Below, one piece after another: positions 36,003-48,700 of a DNA stretch of 64,000 nucleotides. The first letter of the stretch is position 1, and the number at the start of each line of letters is the position of its first letter. Below the pieces are notes generated by a model, which saw nothing but the letters and a program-made list of their open reading frames with translations, did no database searches and had not been told where the DNA came from. The stretch is from positions 33,854,001-33,918,000 of the forward strand of contig NC_086109.1 of NCBI RefSeq assembly GCF_963921235.1. Direction: 5' to 3'. Source of the stretch: Mobula hypostoma (taxonomy: Eukaryota). Made by a program: the position numbers and the translations under genes.

Positions 36003-36340
36003 GACTTACCTACTGCCCATTCCACCACTGGTGATTAGGGTAGCAATGAAGTTTCTCCATCTCTGGACACTTCCATAATGTCACATACAGATATAGGATC
36101 TTTTATTGCTGTTTCCATAACAAATTTTTTCGACCAGTCATGGTTGTTGGCCCTGATCTAAATCCCCGAACCTGGAGGACCGTTGGGCCACTCTTAGTCT
36201 GGCCTCTACACATCGAGCTGTTGGGAATGGGTGACCATACCGGGAGCCAAAACATAAAGGCCCTGACTCCATCCATCATAGCTCTCTGGGTAATTGAGGC
36301 ATGGAAGCCTCCAAACCTTATGTTAAGGTGTTCTCGGAGG
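36003..36340 (-). mobile_element. Second copy of the RTE-derived short element
   Basis: Reverse complement aligns with 2556-2971 (CCCAGAGAGCTATG, GAGTCAGGG, GGTCCTCCAGGTTC, TTCATTGCTACCCTAA, GTAGGTAAG tail); possible TSD ATAATTTAT / ATACTTTAT. Confidence 0.8.
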
Positions 36341-36573
36341 ATACTTTATAAGTGAAAGATATAACTCACAAACACTGCACACCAGACAGCTAAATTAGTT
36401 TAGTTCACTAAATCAAAATAGTTTAAAAAATAATCTATGGACAGCATTTAAATGTTTGTGAGCAATCTGATAGAAAGTGCCTGGTGTCCCTATATAGTAA
36501 GTTTTTATTTGCTCTACACTTATGCTGAAGAATTAAATCTAGGCCTTTATAATGGACATGTAATAGCAGCTGT

Positions 36574-36776
36574 TAACACAAGCAATTCTGAGGTTGCTGG
36601 AAATCCGGAGCAGCACACAGAAAATGCTGGAGGAACTCAGCAGGTCAGATATCATCGATGCAGAGGAATACAGAGCCGATATTTCAGGGTGAGACCATGA
36701 AATTAGGACGGGAAGGAAAGAAGGAAAAAGCCAGAGTAAGAAAGTTGGGTGGGGGTGGGGAGTGCAGGGAGTACAA
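36574..36776 (-). mobile_element. Penelope-like fragment (tail, degenerate hammerhead and upstream pyrimidine-rich segment) contiguous with the tandem array
   Basis: AACACAAGCAATTCTGAGGTTGCTGGAAATCC..AAATGCTGGAGGAACTCAGCAGGTCAG is the reverse complement of the 22386-22514 type; the hammerhead has decayed to GTCCTAATTTCATGGTCTCACCCTGAAATATCGGC. Confidence 0.8.
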
Positions 36777-39700
36777 GCTGGAAGGTGATAGGGGGAGGGA
36801 GGCGGGTGGGGGAGGACGTGAAGTGAGACGCTAGAAGGTGATAGGGGGAGGGAGACGGGTGGGGAGGAGGTGCAGTGAGACGCTGGAAGGTGATGGGGAA
36901 GGGAGACGGGTGGGGAGGAGGTGCAGTGAGACGCTGGAAGGTGATGGGGAAGGGAGACGGGTGGGGGAGGACGTGAAGTGAGATGCTGGAAGGTCATGGG
37001 GGAGGGAGGCGGGTGGGGGAGGAGGTGAAGTGAGACGCTGGAAGGTGATAGGGGAGGGAGACGGGTGGAGGAGGAGGTGAAGTGAGACGCTGGAAGGTGA
37101 TAGGGGAGGGAGATGGGTGGAGGAGGAGGTGAAGTGAGACGCTGGAAGGTGATGCGGAGGAAGACGGGTGGTGGAGGAGGTGAACTGAGATGCTGGAAGG
37201 TGATAGGGGAAGGGAGACGGGTGGGGGAGGAGGTGAAGTGAGACGCTGGAAGGTGATAGGGGAGGGAGATGGGTGGAGGAGGAGGTGAAGTGAGACGCTG
37301 GAAGGTGATAGGGGGAGGGAGACGGGTGGGGGAGGACGTGAAGTGAGACGCGGGAAGGTGATAGGGGAAGGGAGACGGGTGGGGGAGGAGGTGAAGTGAG
37401 ACGCTGGAAGGTGATGGGGGGAGGGAGACGGGTGGGGGAGGAGGTGAAGTGAGACGCTGGAAGGTGATAGGGGGAGGGAGACGGGTGGGGAAGGAGGTGA
37501 AGTGAGACGCTGGAAGGTGATTGGGGGAAGGAGATGAGTGGGGAGGAGGTGAAGTGAGACGCTGGAAGGTGATGGGGAAGGGAGACGGGTGGGGGAGGAG
37601 GTGAAGTGAGACGCTGGAAGGTGATAGGGGGAGGGAGACGGGTGGGGGAGGAGGTGAAGTGAGACGCTGGAAGGTGATAGGGGAGGGAGACGGGTGGAGA
37701 AGGAGGTGAAGTGAGACGCTGGAAGGTGATAGGGGAGGGAGATGGGTGGAGGAGGAGGTGAAGTGAGACGCTGGAAGGTGATGGGGAGGGGAGACGGGTG
37801 GTGGAGGAGGTGAACTGAGATGCTGGAAGGTGATAGGGGAAGGGAGACGGGTGGGGGAGGAGGTGAAGTGAGACGCTGGAAGGTGATAGGGGTAGGGAGA
37901 CGGGTGGGGGAGGACGTGAAGTGAGACGCGGGAAGGTGATAGGGGAAGGGAGACGGGTGGGGGAGGAGGTGAAGTGAGACGCTGGAAGGTGATAGGGGAG
38001 GGAGACGGGTGGAGGAGGAGGTGAAGTGAGACGCTGGAAGGTGATAGGGGGAGGGAGACGGGTGGGGGAGGAGGTGAAGTGAGACGCTGGAAGGTGATAG
38101 GGGGAGGGAGACGGTTGGGGAGGAGGTGGTGAAGTGAGACGCTGGAAAGTGATAGGAGAGGGAGACGGGTGTGGGACGAGGTGAAGTGAGACGCTGGAAG
38201 GTGATAGGGGGAGGGAGACAGGTGGGGGAGAAGGTGAAGTGAGACGCTGGAAGGTGATAGGGGAAGGGAGACGGGTGGGGGAGGAGGTGAAGTGAGACGC
38301 TGGAAGGTGATAGGGGGAGGGAGACGGGTGGAGGAGGAGGTGAAGTGAGACGCTGGAAGGTGATGGGGAGGAAGACGGGTGGGGGACGAGGGGAAGTGAG
38401 ACGCTGGAAGGAGATAGGGGGAGGGAGACAGGTGGTGGAGGAGGTGAACTGAGATGCTGGAAGGTGATGGGGGAGGGAGACAGGTTGTGGAGGAGGTGAA
38501 CTGAGATGCTGGAAGGTGATGGGGGAGGGAGACGGGTGGGGGAGGAGGTGAAGTGAGACGCTGGAAGGTGATGGGGAGGGAGACGGGTGGAGGAGGATGT
38601 GAAGTGAGACGCTGGAAGGTGATAGGGGAGGGAGATGGGTGGAGGAGGAGGTGAAGTGAGACGTTGGAAGGTGAAGGGGGGAGGGAGACGGGTGGGGGAG
38701 GAGGTGAAGTGAGACGCTGGAAGGTGATAGGAGAGGGAGACGGGAGTGGGACGAGGTGAAGTGAGACGCTGGAAGGTGATAGGGGGAGGGAGACGGGTGG
38801 GGGAGGAGGTGAAGTGAGACGCTGGAAGGTGATGGGGGAAGGGAGACGGGTGGGGGAGGAGGTGAAGTGAGACGCTGGAAGGTGATAGGGGGAGGGAGAC
38901 GGGTGGGGGAGGAGGTGAAGTGAGACGCTGGAAGGTGATAGGGGGAGGGAGACGGGTGGGGGAGGAGGTGAACTGAGATGCTGGAAGGTGATGGGGAGGA
39001 AGACGGGTGGAGGAGGAGGTGAAGTGAGACGCTGGAAGGCGATAGGGGAGGGAGACGGGTGGAGGAGGAGGTGAAGTGAGACGCTGGAAGGTGATGGGGA
39101 GGAAGACGGGTGGGGGAGGAGGTGAAGTGAGACGCTGGAAGGTGATAGGGGAAGGGAGACGGGTGTGGGTGGAGGTGAAGTGAGACGCTGGAAGGTGATG
39201 GGGAGGGAGACGGGTGGGGGAGGAGGTGAAGTGAGACGCTGGAAGGTGATGGGGGAGGGAGACGGGTGTGGGTGGAGGTGAAGTGAGACGCTGGAAGGTG
39301 ATAGGGAGGAAGACGGGTTGGGGAGGAGGTGAAGTGAGACGCTGGAAGGTGATGGGGAGGGAGACGGGTGGGGGAGGAGGTGAAGTGAGACGCTGGAAGG
39401 TGATAGGGGAAGGGAGACGGGTGGGGGAGGAGGTGAAGTGAGACGCTGGAAGGTGATAGGGGGAGGGAGACGGGTGGGAGAGGAGGTGAAGTGAGACGCT
39501 GGAAGGTGATGGGGTGAGGGAGACGGGTGGGGGAGGAGGTGAAGTGAGACGCTGGAAGGTGATAGGAGAGAGAGACGGGTGTGGGACGAGGTGAAGTGAG
39601 ACGCTGGAAGGTGATAGGGGGAGGGAGACGGGTGGGGGAGGACGTGAAGTGAGACGCTGGAAGGTGATAGGGGGAGGGAGACGGGTGTGGGACGAGGTGA

Positions 39701-42700
39701 AGTGAGACGCTGGAAGGTGATAGGGGCAGGGAGACGGGTGGGGGAGGAGGTGAAGTGAGACGCTGGAAGGTGATAGGGGGAGGGAGACGGGTGGAGGAGG
39801 AGGTGAAGTGAGACACTGGAAGGTGATAGGGGAAGGGAGACGAGTGTGGGTGGAGGTGAAGTGAGACGCTGGAAGGTGATGCGGGGAGGGAGACGGGTGG
39901 AGAGCAGGTGAAGTGAGACGCTGGAAGGTGATAGGAGAGGGAGACGGGTGTGGGACGAGGTGAAGTAAGACGCTGGAAGGTGATAGGGGGAGGGAGACGG
40001 GTGGGGGAGGACGTGAAGTGAGACGCTGGAAGGTGATAGGGGGAGGGAGTCGGGTGTGGGACGAGGTGAAGTGAGAAGCTGGAAGGTGATAGGGGGAGGG
40101 AGACGGGTGAGGGGTGACGTGAAGTGAGATGCTGGAAGGTGATGGGGGAGGGAGACGGGTGGGGGAGGAGGTGAAGTGAGACGCTGGAAGATGATGGGGA
40201 TGGAGACGGGTGGGGGAGGAGGTGAAGTGAGACGCTGGAAGGTGATGGGGAGGGAGACGGGTGGGGGAGGAGCTGAAGTGAGACGCTGGAAGGTTAAAGG
40301 GGAAGGGAGACGGGTGTGGGACGAAGTGAAGTGAGACGCTGGAAGGTGATGGGGAGGGAGACGGGTGGGGGAGGAGGTGAAGTGAGACGCTGGAAGGTGA
40401 TAAGGGGAGGGGGACGGGTGGGGGAGGAGGTGAAGTGAGACACGGGAAGGTGATAGGGGGAGGGAGACGGGTGGGGGAGGAGGTGAAGTGAGACGCTGGA
40501 AGGTGATAGGGGGAGGGAGACGGTTGGGGGAGGAGGTGAAGTGAGACGCTGGAAGGTGATAGGGGGAGGGAGACGGGTGGGGGAGGAGGTGAAGTGAGAC
40601 GCTGGAAGGTGATAGGGGGAGGGAGACGGGTGGGGGAGGAGGTGAAGTGAGACGCTGGAAGGTGATAGGGGAGGGAGACGGGTGGGGGAGGAGGTGAAGT
40701 GAGATGCTGCAAGGTGATAGGGGAAGGGAGACGGGTGGGGGAGGAGGTGAACTGAGACGCTGGAAGTTGATACGGGAGGGAGACGAGTGGGGGAGGAGGT
40801 GAAGTGAGACGCTGGAAGGTGATTGGGGGAGGGAGACGGGCGGGGGAGGAGGTGGAGTGAGACGGTGGAAGGTGATATGGGAAGGGTGACAGGTCAGGGA
40901 GGAGGTGAAGTGAGACGCTGGACGGTATTTGGGAGGGAGACAGGTCGGGGAGAAAGTGAAGTGAGATGCTGGAAGGTGATAGGGGAAGGGAGACAGGTGG
41001 GAGAGCAGGTGAAGTGAGACACTGGAAGGTAATGGGGAGGGAGACAGGTTGGAGAGGAGGCGAACTGAGACGCTGGAAGGTGATAGGGGAAGGGAGATGG
41101 GTTGGGGAGGAGGTGAAGTGAGAAGCTGGATGGTGATAGGGGAGGGGAGACGGGTGGGGGAGGAAGTGATGTGAGACTCTGAAAGGTTATAGGGAAAGGG
41201 AGACGGGTGGGTGAGGAGGTAAAGTGAGACGCTGGAAGGTGATAGGGGCCGGGAGACGTGTGGGGGAGGAGGTGAAGTGAGACGCTGGAAGGTGATAGGG
41301 GAAGGGAGACAGGTTGGGGTGGAGGTGAAGTGAGACGCTGGAAGGTGATAGGGGAAGGGAGACGGGTGGTGGAGGAGATCAAGTTGGACACTGGAAGGTG
41401 ATGGGGAGGGAGACGCGTGGGGGAGGAGGTGAAGTGAGACGCTGGAAGGTGATAGGGGATGGGGACAGGTAGGGGAGGACGTGAAGTGAGACACTGGAAG
41501 GTGATAGGGGCCGGGAGACGGGTGTGGGACGAGGTGAAGTGAGACTCTGGAAGGTGATGGGGAGGAAGACAGGTGGGGAAGGAGGTGAAGTGAGCCGCTG
41601 GAAGGTGATAGGGGGAGGGAGACGGGTGGGGGAGGAGGTGAAGTGAGATGCTGGAAGGTGATAGGGGGAGGGAGACGGGTGGGGGAGGAGGTGAAGTGAG
41701 ACGCTGGAAGGTGATAGGGGGAGGGAGACGGGTGGGGGAGGAGGTGAAGTGAGACGCTGGAAGGTGATAGGGGAGGGAGACGGGTGGGGGAGGAGGTGAA
41801 GTGAGACGCTGGAAGGTGATAGGTGGAGGGAGACGGGTGTGGGACGAGGTGAAGTGAGATGCTGGAAGGTGATATGGGGAGGGAGACGTGTGGGGGTGGA
41901 GGGGAAGTGAGACGCTGGAAGGTGATTTGGGGAGGGAGACGGGTGGGGGAGGAGGTGAAGTGAGACGCTGGAAGATGATAGGGGAAGGACAACGGGTGGG
42001 GGGGGAGGTGAAATGAGACACTGTAAGGTGATATGGGAAGGGAGACGGGTGGGGGAGGAGGTGAAGTGAGATGCTGGACAGTGATAGGGGAAGGGAGACG
42101 GATGGGGGAGGGGGTGAAGTGAGACGCTGGAAGGTGATGGGGGAGGGAGACAGGTGGGGAAGGAGGTGAAGTGAGACGCTGGAAGTTGATAGGGGGAGGG
42201 AGACGGGTTGGGGAGGCGTTGAAGTGAGACGCTTGAAGGTGATAGAGAAAGGGAGACGGATTGGGGTGGAGGTGAAGTGAGACGCTGGTAGGTGATAGCG
42301 GGAGGGAGACGGGTGTGGGAGGATGTGAAGTGAGACGCTGGAAGGTGATACGGGGAGGGAGACGGGTGGGGGAGGAATGAAGTGAGATGCTGGAGGGTGA
42401 TAAGGGGAGAGAGACATGTGGGGGAGGAGGTGAACTGAGACGCTGGAAGGTGATGGGGAGCGTGACAGATCGGGGAGGAGGTGAAGTGAGACGCTGGAAG
42501 GTCATGGGGGAGGGAGACGGAAGGGGGAGGAGGTGAAGTGAGACGCTGGAAGATGATAGGAGGAGAGGGACGGGTGGGGGAGGAGGTGAGGTGAGACGCT
42601 GGAAGGTGATAGGGGAAGGGAGACGGGTGGGGGAGGAGGTGAAGTGAGACGCTGGAAGGTGATAGAGGGAGGGAGACGGGTGTGGAAGAGGTGAAGTAAG

Positions 42701-45700
42701 ACGCTGGAAGGTGATAGGAAGAGGGAGACGGGTGGGGGAGGAGGTGAAGTGAGACGCTGGAAGGTGATAGGGGAGGGAGACGGGTGGGGGAGGAGGTGAA
42801 GTGAGACGCTGGAAGGTGATAGGGGGAGGGAGACGGGTGGGGGAGGAGGTGAAGTGAGACGCTGGAAGGTGATGGGGGAAGGGAGACGGGTGGGGGAGGA
42901 GGTGAAGTGAGACGCTGGAAGGTGATAGGGGAAGGGAGACGGGTAGAGGAGGAGGAGGTGAAGAGAGACGCTGGAAAGTGATAGGGGAGGGAGACGGGTG
43001 GGGGAGGAGGTGAAGTGAGACGCTGGAAGGTGATGGGGAGGGAGACGGCTGGGGGAGGAGGTGAAGTGAGACGCTGGAAGGTGATGGGGGAGGGAGACGG
43101 GTGGGGTAGGAGGTGAGGTGAGACGCTAGAAGGTGATAGGGGGAGGGAGACGGGTGGGGGAGGAGGTGAAGTGAGACGCTGGAAGGTGATAGGGGGAGGG
43201 AGACGGATGGGGAGGAGGTGAAGTGAGACGCTGGAATGTCATAGGGGAGGGAGACCGTGGGAGAGGAGGTGAACTGAGACGCTGGAAGGTGATAGGGGGA
43301 GGGAGACGGGTGGGGGAGGAGGTGAAGTGAGACGCTGGAAGGTGATAGAGTGAGGGAGACGGGTGGGGGAGGAGGTGAAGTGAGATGCTGGAAGGTGATA
43401 GCGGGAGGGAGATGGGTGGGGGAGGAGGTGAACTGAGTCGCTGGAAGGTGATACGGGAGGGAGACGGGTGGGGGAGGAGATGAAGTGAGACGCTGGAAGG
43501 TGATAGGGGGAGGGAGACGGTTGGGGAGGAGGTGAAGTGAGACGCTGGAAGGTGATAGGGGAGGGAGACGGGTGGGGGAGGAGGTGAAGTGAAACGCTGG
43601 AAGGTGATAGGGGGAGGCAGACGGGAGGGGAGGAGGTGAAGTGAGAAGCTGGAAGGTGATTGGGGGAGGGAGACGGGCGGGGAGGAGGTGGAGTGAGACG
43701 GTGGAAGGTGTTTGGGAGGGAGACAGGTCGGGGAGAAGGTGAAGTGAGATGCTGGAAGGTGATAGGGGAAGGGAGACAGGTGGGAGAGGAGGTGAAGTGA
43801 GACACTGGAAGGTGATGGGGAGGGAGACAGGTTGGAGAGGAGGTGAACTGAGAGGCTGGAAGGTGATAGAGGAAGGGAGACGGGTTGGGGAGGAGGTGAA
43901 GTGAGACGCTGGAAGGTGATGGGGGTGGGAGACGGGTGGCGGAGGAAGTGAAGTGAAACGCTGGAATGTGATAGGGGGAGGGAGACGGGTGGGGTAGGAG
44001 GTGAACTGAGACGCTGGAAGGTAATAGGGGGAGGGAGACGGGTGTGGGACGAAGTGAAGTGAGACGCTGGAAGGTGATGGGGAGGGAGACGGGTGGGGGA
44101 GGAGGTGAAGTGAGACGCTGGAAGGTGATAAGGGGAGGGAGACGGGTGGGGGAGGAGGTGAAGTGAGACGCTGGAAGGTGATAGGGGAGGGAGACGGGTG
44201 TGGGACGAGGTGAAGTGAGACGCTGGAAGGTGATAGGGGGAGGGAGATGGGTGGGGGAGGAAGTGAAGTGAAACGCTGGAAGGTGATAGCGGGAGGGAGA
44301 CGGGTGGGGTAGGAGGTGAACTGAGACGCTGGAAGGTAATAAGGGGAGGGAGACGGGTGTGGGACGAAGTGAAGTGAGACGCTGGAAGGTGATGGGGAGG
44401 GAGACGGTTGGGGGAGGAGGTGAAGTAAGACGCTGGAAGGTGATACGGGGAGGGAGACGGGTGGGGGAGGAGGTGAAGTGAGACGCTGGAAGGTGATAGG
44501 GGAGGGAGACGGGTGTGGGAGGAGGTGAAGTGAGACGCTGGAAGGTGATAGGGGGAGGGAGACGGGTGGGGGAGGAGGTGAAGTGAGACGCTGGAAGGTG
44601 ATAGGGGAAGGGAGACGGGAGAGGGAGGAGGTGCAGTGAGACGCTGGAAGATGATAGGAGGAGGGAGACGGGTGGGGGAGGAGGTGAAGTGAGACGCTGG
44701 AAGGTGATAGGGGGAGGGAGACGGGTGGGGGAGGAGGTGAAGTGAGACGCTGGAAGGTGATAGGGGGAGGGAGACGGGTGGGGGAGGAGGTGAAGTGAGA
44801 CGCTGGAAGGTGATAGGGGGAGGGAGACGGGTGGGGGAGGAGGTGAAGTGAGACGCTGGAAGTTGATACGGGAGGGAGACGAGTGGGGGAGGAGGTGAAG
44901 TGAGACGCTGGACGGTGATTGGGGAAGGGAGACGGGTGGGGGAGGAGGTGAACTGAGACGCTGGAAGTTGATACGGGAGGGAGACGAGTGGGGGAGGAGG
45001 TGAAGTGAGACGCTGGAAGGTGATTGGGGGAGGGAGACGGGCGTGGGAGGAGGTGGAGTGAGACGGTGGAAGGTGATATGGGAAGGGTGACAGGTCAGGG
45101 AGGAGGTGAAGTGAGACGCAGGACGGTATTTGGGAGGGAGATAGGTCGGGGAGAAGGTAAAGTGAGATGCTGGAAGGTGATAGGGGAAGGGAGACAGGTG
45201 GGAGAGGAGGCGAACTTAGACGCTGGAAGGTGATAGGGGAAGGGAGATGGGTTGGGGAGGAGGTGAAGTGAGACGCTGGATGGTGATAGGGGAGGGGAGA
45301 CAGGTGGGGGAGGAAGAGATGTGAGACGCTGAAAGGTTATAGGGGAAGGGAGACGGGTGGGTGAGGAGGTAAAGTGAGACGCTGGAAGGTGATAGGGGCC
45401 GGGAGACGTGTGGGGAAGGAGGTGAAGTGAGACGCTGGAAGGTGATAGGGGAAGGGAGACAGGTTGGGGTGGAGGTAAAGTGAGACGCTGGAAGGTGATA
45501 GGGGAAGGGAGACGGGTGGTGGAGGAGATCAAGTTGGACACTGGAAGGTGATGGGGAGGGAGACGCATGGGGAAGGAGGTGAAGTGAGACGCTGGAAGGT
45601 GATAGGGGATGGGGACAGGTAGGGGAGGACGTGAAGTGAGACACTGGAAGGTGATAGGGGCCGGGAGACGGGTGTGGGACGAGCTGAAGTGAGACTCTGG

Positions 45701-48700
45701 AAGGTGATGGGGAGGAAGACAGGTGGGGAAGGAGGTGAAGTGAGCCGCTGGAAGGTGATAGGGGGAGGGAGACGGGTCGGGGAGGAGGTGAAGTGAGACG
45801 CTGGAAGGTGATAGGGGAGGGAGACGGGTGGGGGAGGAGGTGAAGTGAGACGCTGGAAGGTGATAGGGGGAGGGAGACGGGTGGGGGAGGAGGTGAAGTG
45901 AGACGCTGGAAGATGATAGGTGGAGGGAGACGGGTGTGGGACGAGGTGAAGTGAGATGCTGGAAGGTGATAGGGGGAGGGAGACGGGTGGGGGAGGACGT
46001 GAAGTGAGACGCTGGAAGGTGATAGGGGAGGGAGACGGGTGGGGGACGAGGTGAAGTGAGACGCTGGAAGGTGATAGGGGGAGGGAGACGGGTGGGGGAG
46101 GAGGTGAAGTGAGACGCTGGAAGGTGATAGGTGGAGGGAGACGGGTGGGGGAGGAGGTGAAGTGAGATGCTGGAAGGTGATAGGGGGAGGGAGACGTGTC
46201 GGGGTGGAGGGGAAGTGAGACGCTGGAAGGTGATTTGGGGAGGGAGACGGGTGGGGGAGGAGGTGAAGTGAGACGCTGGAAGATGATAGGGGAAGGACAA
46301 CGGGTGGGGGAGGAGGTGAAATGAGACACTGTAAGGTGATATGGGAAGGGAGACGGGTGGGGGAGGAGGTGAAGTGAGATGCTGGACAGTGATAGGGGAA
46401 GGGAGACGGATGGGGGAGGAGGTGGAGTGAGACGGTGGAAGGTGTTTGGGAGGGAGACAGGTCGGGGAGAAGGTGAAGTGAGACACTGGAAGGTGATGGG
46501 GAGGGAGACAGGTTGGAGAGGAGGTGAACTGAGAGGGTGGAAGGTGATAGGGGAAGGGAGACGGGTTGGGGAGGAGGTGAAGTGAGACTCTGGAAGGTGA
46601 TAGGGGACGGGAGACTGGTGGGGGAGGAGGTGAAGTGAGACGCTGGAAGGTGATAGGGAAGGGAGACGGGTGGGGGAGGAGGTGAAGTGAGACGCTGGAT
46701 GGTGATAGGGGAGGGGAGACGGGTGGGGGAGGAGGTGAAGTGAGACGCTGGAAGGTGATAGGGGCTGGGAGACGGGTGGGAGAGGAGGTGAAGTGAGACG
46801 CTGGAAGGTGATAGGGGAAGGGAGACGGGTGGTGGAGGAGATCAAGTTGGACACTGGAAGGTGATAGGGGATGGGGACAGGTAGGGGAGGACGTGAAGTG
46901 AGCTGCTGGAAGGTGATAGGGGGAGGGAGACGGGTGGGGGAGGAGGTGAAGTGAGACGCTGGAAGGTGATAGGGGGAGGGAGACGGGTGGGGGAGGAGGT
47001 GACGTGAGACGCTGGAAGGTGATAGGGGAGGGAGACGGGTGGGGGAGGAGGTGAAGTGAGACGCTGGTAGGTGATAGGGGGAGGGAGATGGGTGGGGGAA
47101 GAGATGAAGTGAGACGCTGGAAGGTGATGGGAAGGGAGACGGGTGTAGGAGGAGGTGAAGTGAGAGGCTGGAAGGTGATAGGGGAGGGAGACGGGTGGGG
47201 GAGGAGGTGAAGTGAGACGCTGGAAGGTGATGGGGAGGGAGACGGTTGGGGGAGGAGGTGAAGTGAGACGCTGGAAGGTGATAGGGGGAGGGGGACGGGT
47301 GGGGTAGGAGGTGAGGTGAGACGCTAGAAGGTGATAGGGGGAGGGAGACGGGTGGGGGAGGAGGTGAAGTGAGACGCTGGAAGGTGATAGGGGGAGGGAG
47401 ACGGATGGGGAGGAGGTGAAGTGAGACGCTGGAATGTCATAGGGGAGGGAGACCGTGGGAGAGGAGGTGAACTGAGACGCTGGAAGGTGATAGGGGGAGG
47501 GAGACGGGTGGGGGAGGAGGTGAAGTGAGACGCTGGAAGGTGATAGAGTGAGGGAGACGGGTGGGGGAGGAGGTGAAGTGAGATACTGGAAGGTGATAGC
47601 GGGAGGGAGATGGGTGGGGGAGGAGGTGAACTGAGACGCTGGAAGGTGATACGGGAGGGAGACGGGTGGGGGAGGAGATGAAGTGAGACGCTGGAAGGTG
47701 ATCGGGGGAGGGAGACGGTTGGGGAGGAGGTGAAGTGAGACGCTGGAAGGTGATAGGGGAGGGAGACGGGTGGGGGAGGAGGTGAAGTGAAACGCTGGAA
47801 GGTGATGGGGAGGCAGACGGGAGGGGAGGAGGTGAAGTGAGACGCTGGAAGGTGATTGGGGGAGGGAGACGGGCGGGGAGGAGGTGGAGTGAGACGTTGG
47901 AAGGTGTTTGGGAGGGAGACAGGTCGGGGAGAAGGTGAAGTGAGATGCTGGAAGGTGATAGGGGAAGGGAGACAGGTGGGAGAGGAGGTGAAGTGAGACG
48001 CTGGAAGGTGATGGGGAGGGAGACAGGTTGGAGAGGAGGTGAACTGAGAGGCTGGAAGGTGATAGGGGAAGGGAGACGGGTTGGGGAGGAGGTGAAGTGA
48101 GACGCTGGAAGGTGATGGGGGTGGGAGACGGGTGGCGGAGGAAGTGAAGTGAAACGCTGGAAGGTGATAGGGGGAGGGAGACGGGTGGGGTAGGAGGTGA
48201 ACTGAGACGCTGGAAGGTAATAGGGGGAGGGAGACGGGTGTGGGACGAAGTGAAGTGAGACGATGGAAGGTGATGGGGAGGGAGACGGGTGTGGGACGAG
48301 GTGAAGTGAGACGCTGGAAGGTGATAGGGGGAGGGAGACGGGTGGGGGAGGAGGTGAAGTGAGACGCTGGAAGGTGATAGGGGAAGGGAGACGGGTGTGG
48401 GAGGAGGTGCAGTGAGACGCTGGAAGATGATGGGGGAGGGAGACGGGTAGGGGAGGAGGTGAAGTGAGACGCTGGAAGGTGATGGGGGAGGGAGACGGGT
48501 GGGGGAGGAGGTGAAGTGAGACGCTGGAAGGTGATAGGGGGAGGGAGACGGGTGGGGGAGGAGGTGAAGTGAGACGCTGGAAGGTGATAGGGGGAGGGAG
48601 ACGGGTGGGGGAGGAGGTGAAGTGAGACGCTGGAAGGTGATAGGGGAGGGAGACGGGTGGGGGAGGAGGTGAAGTGAGATGCTGGAAGGTGATAGGGGAA

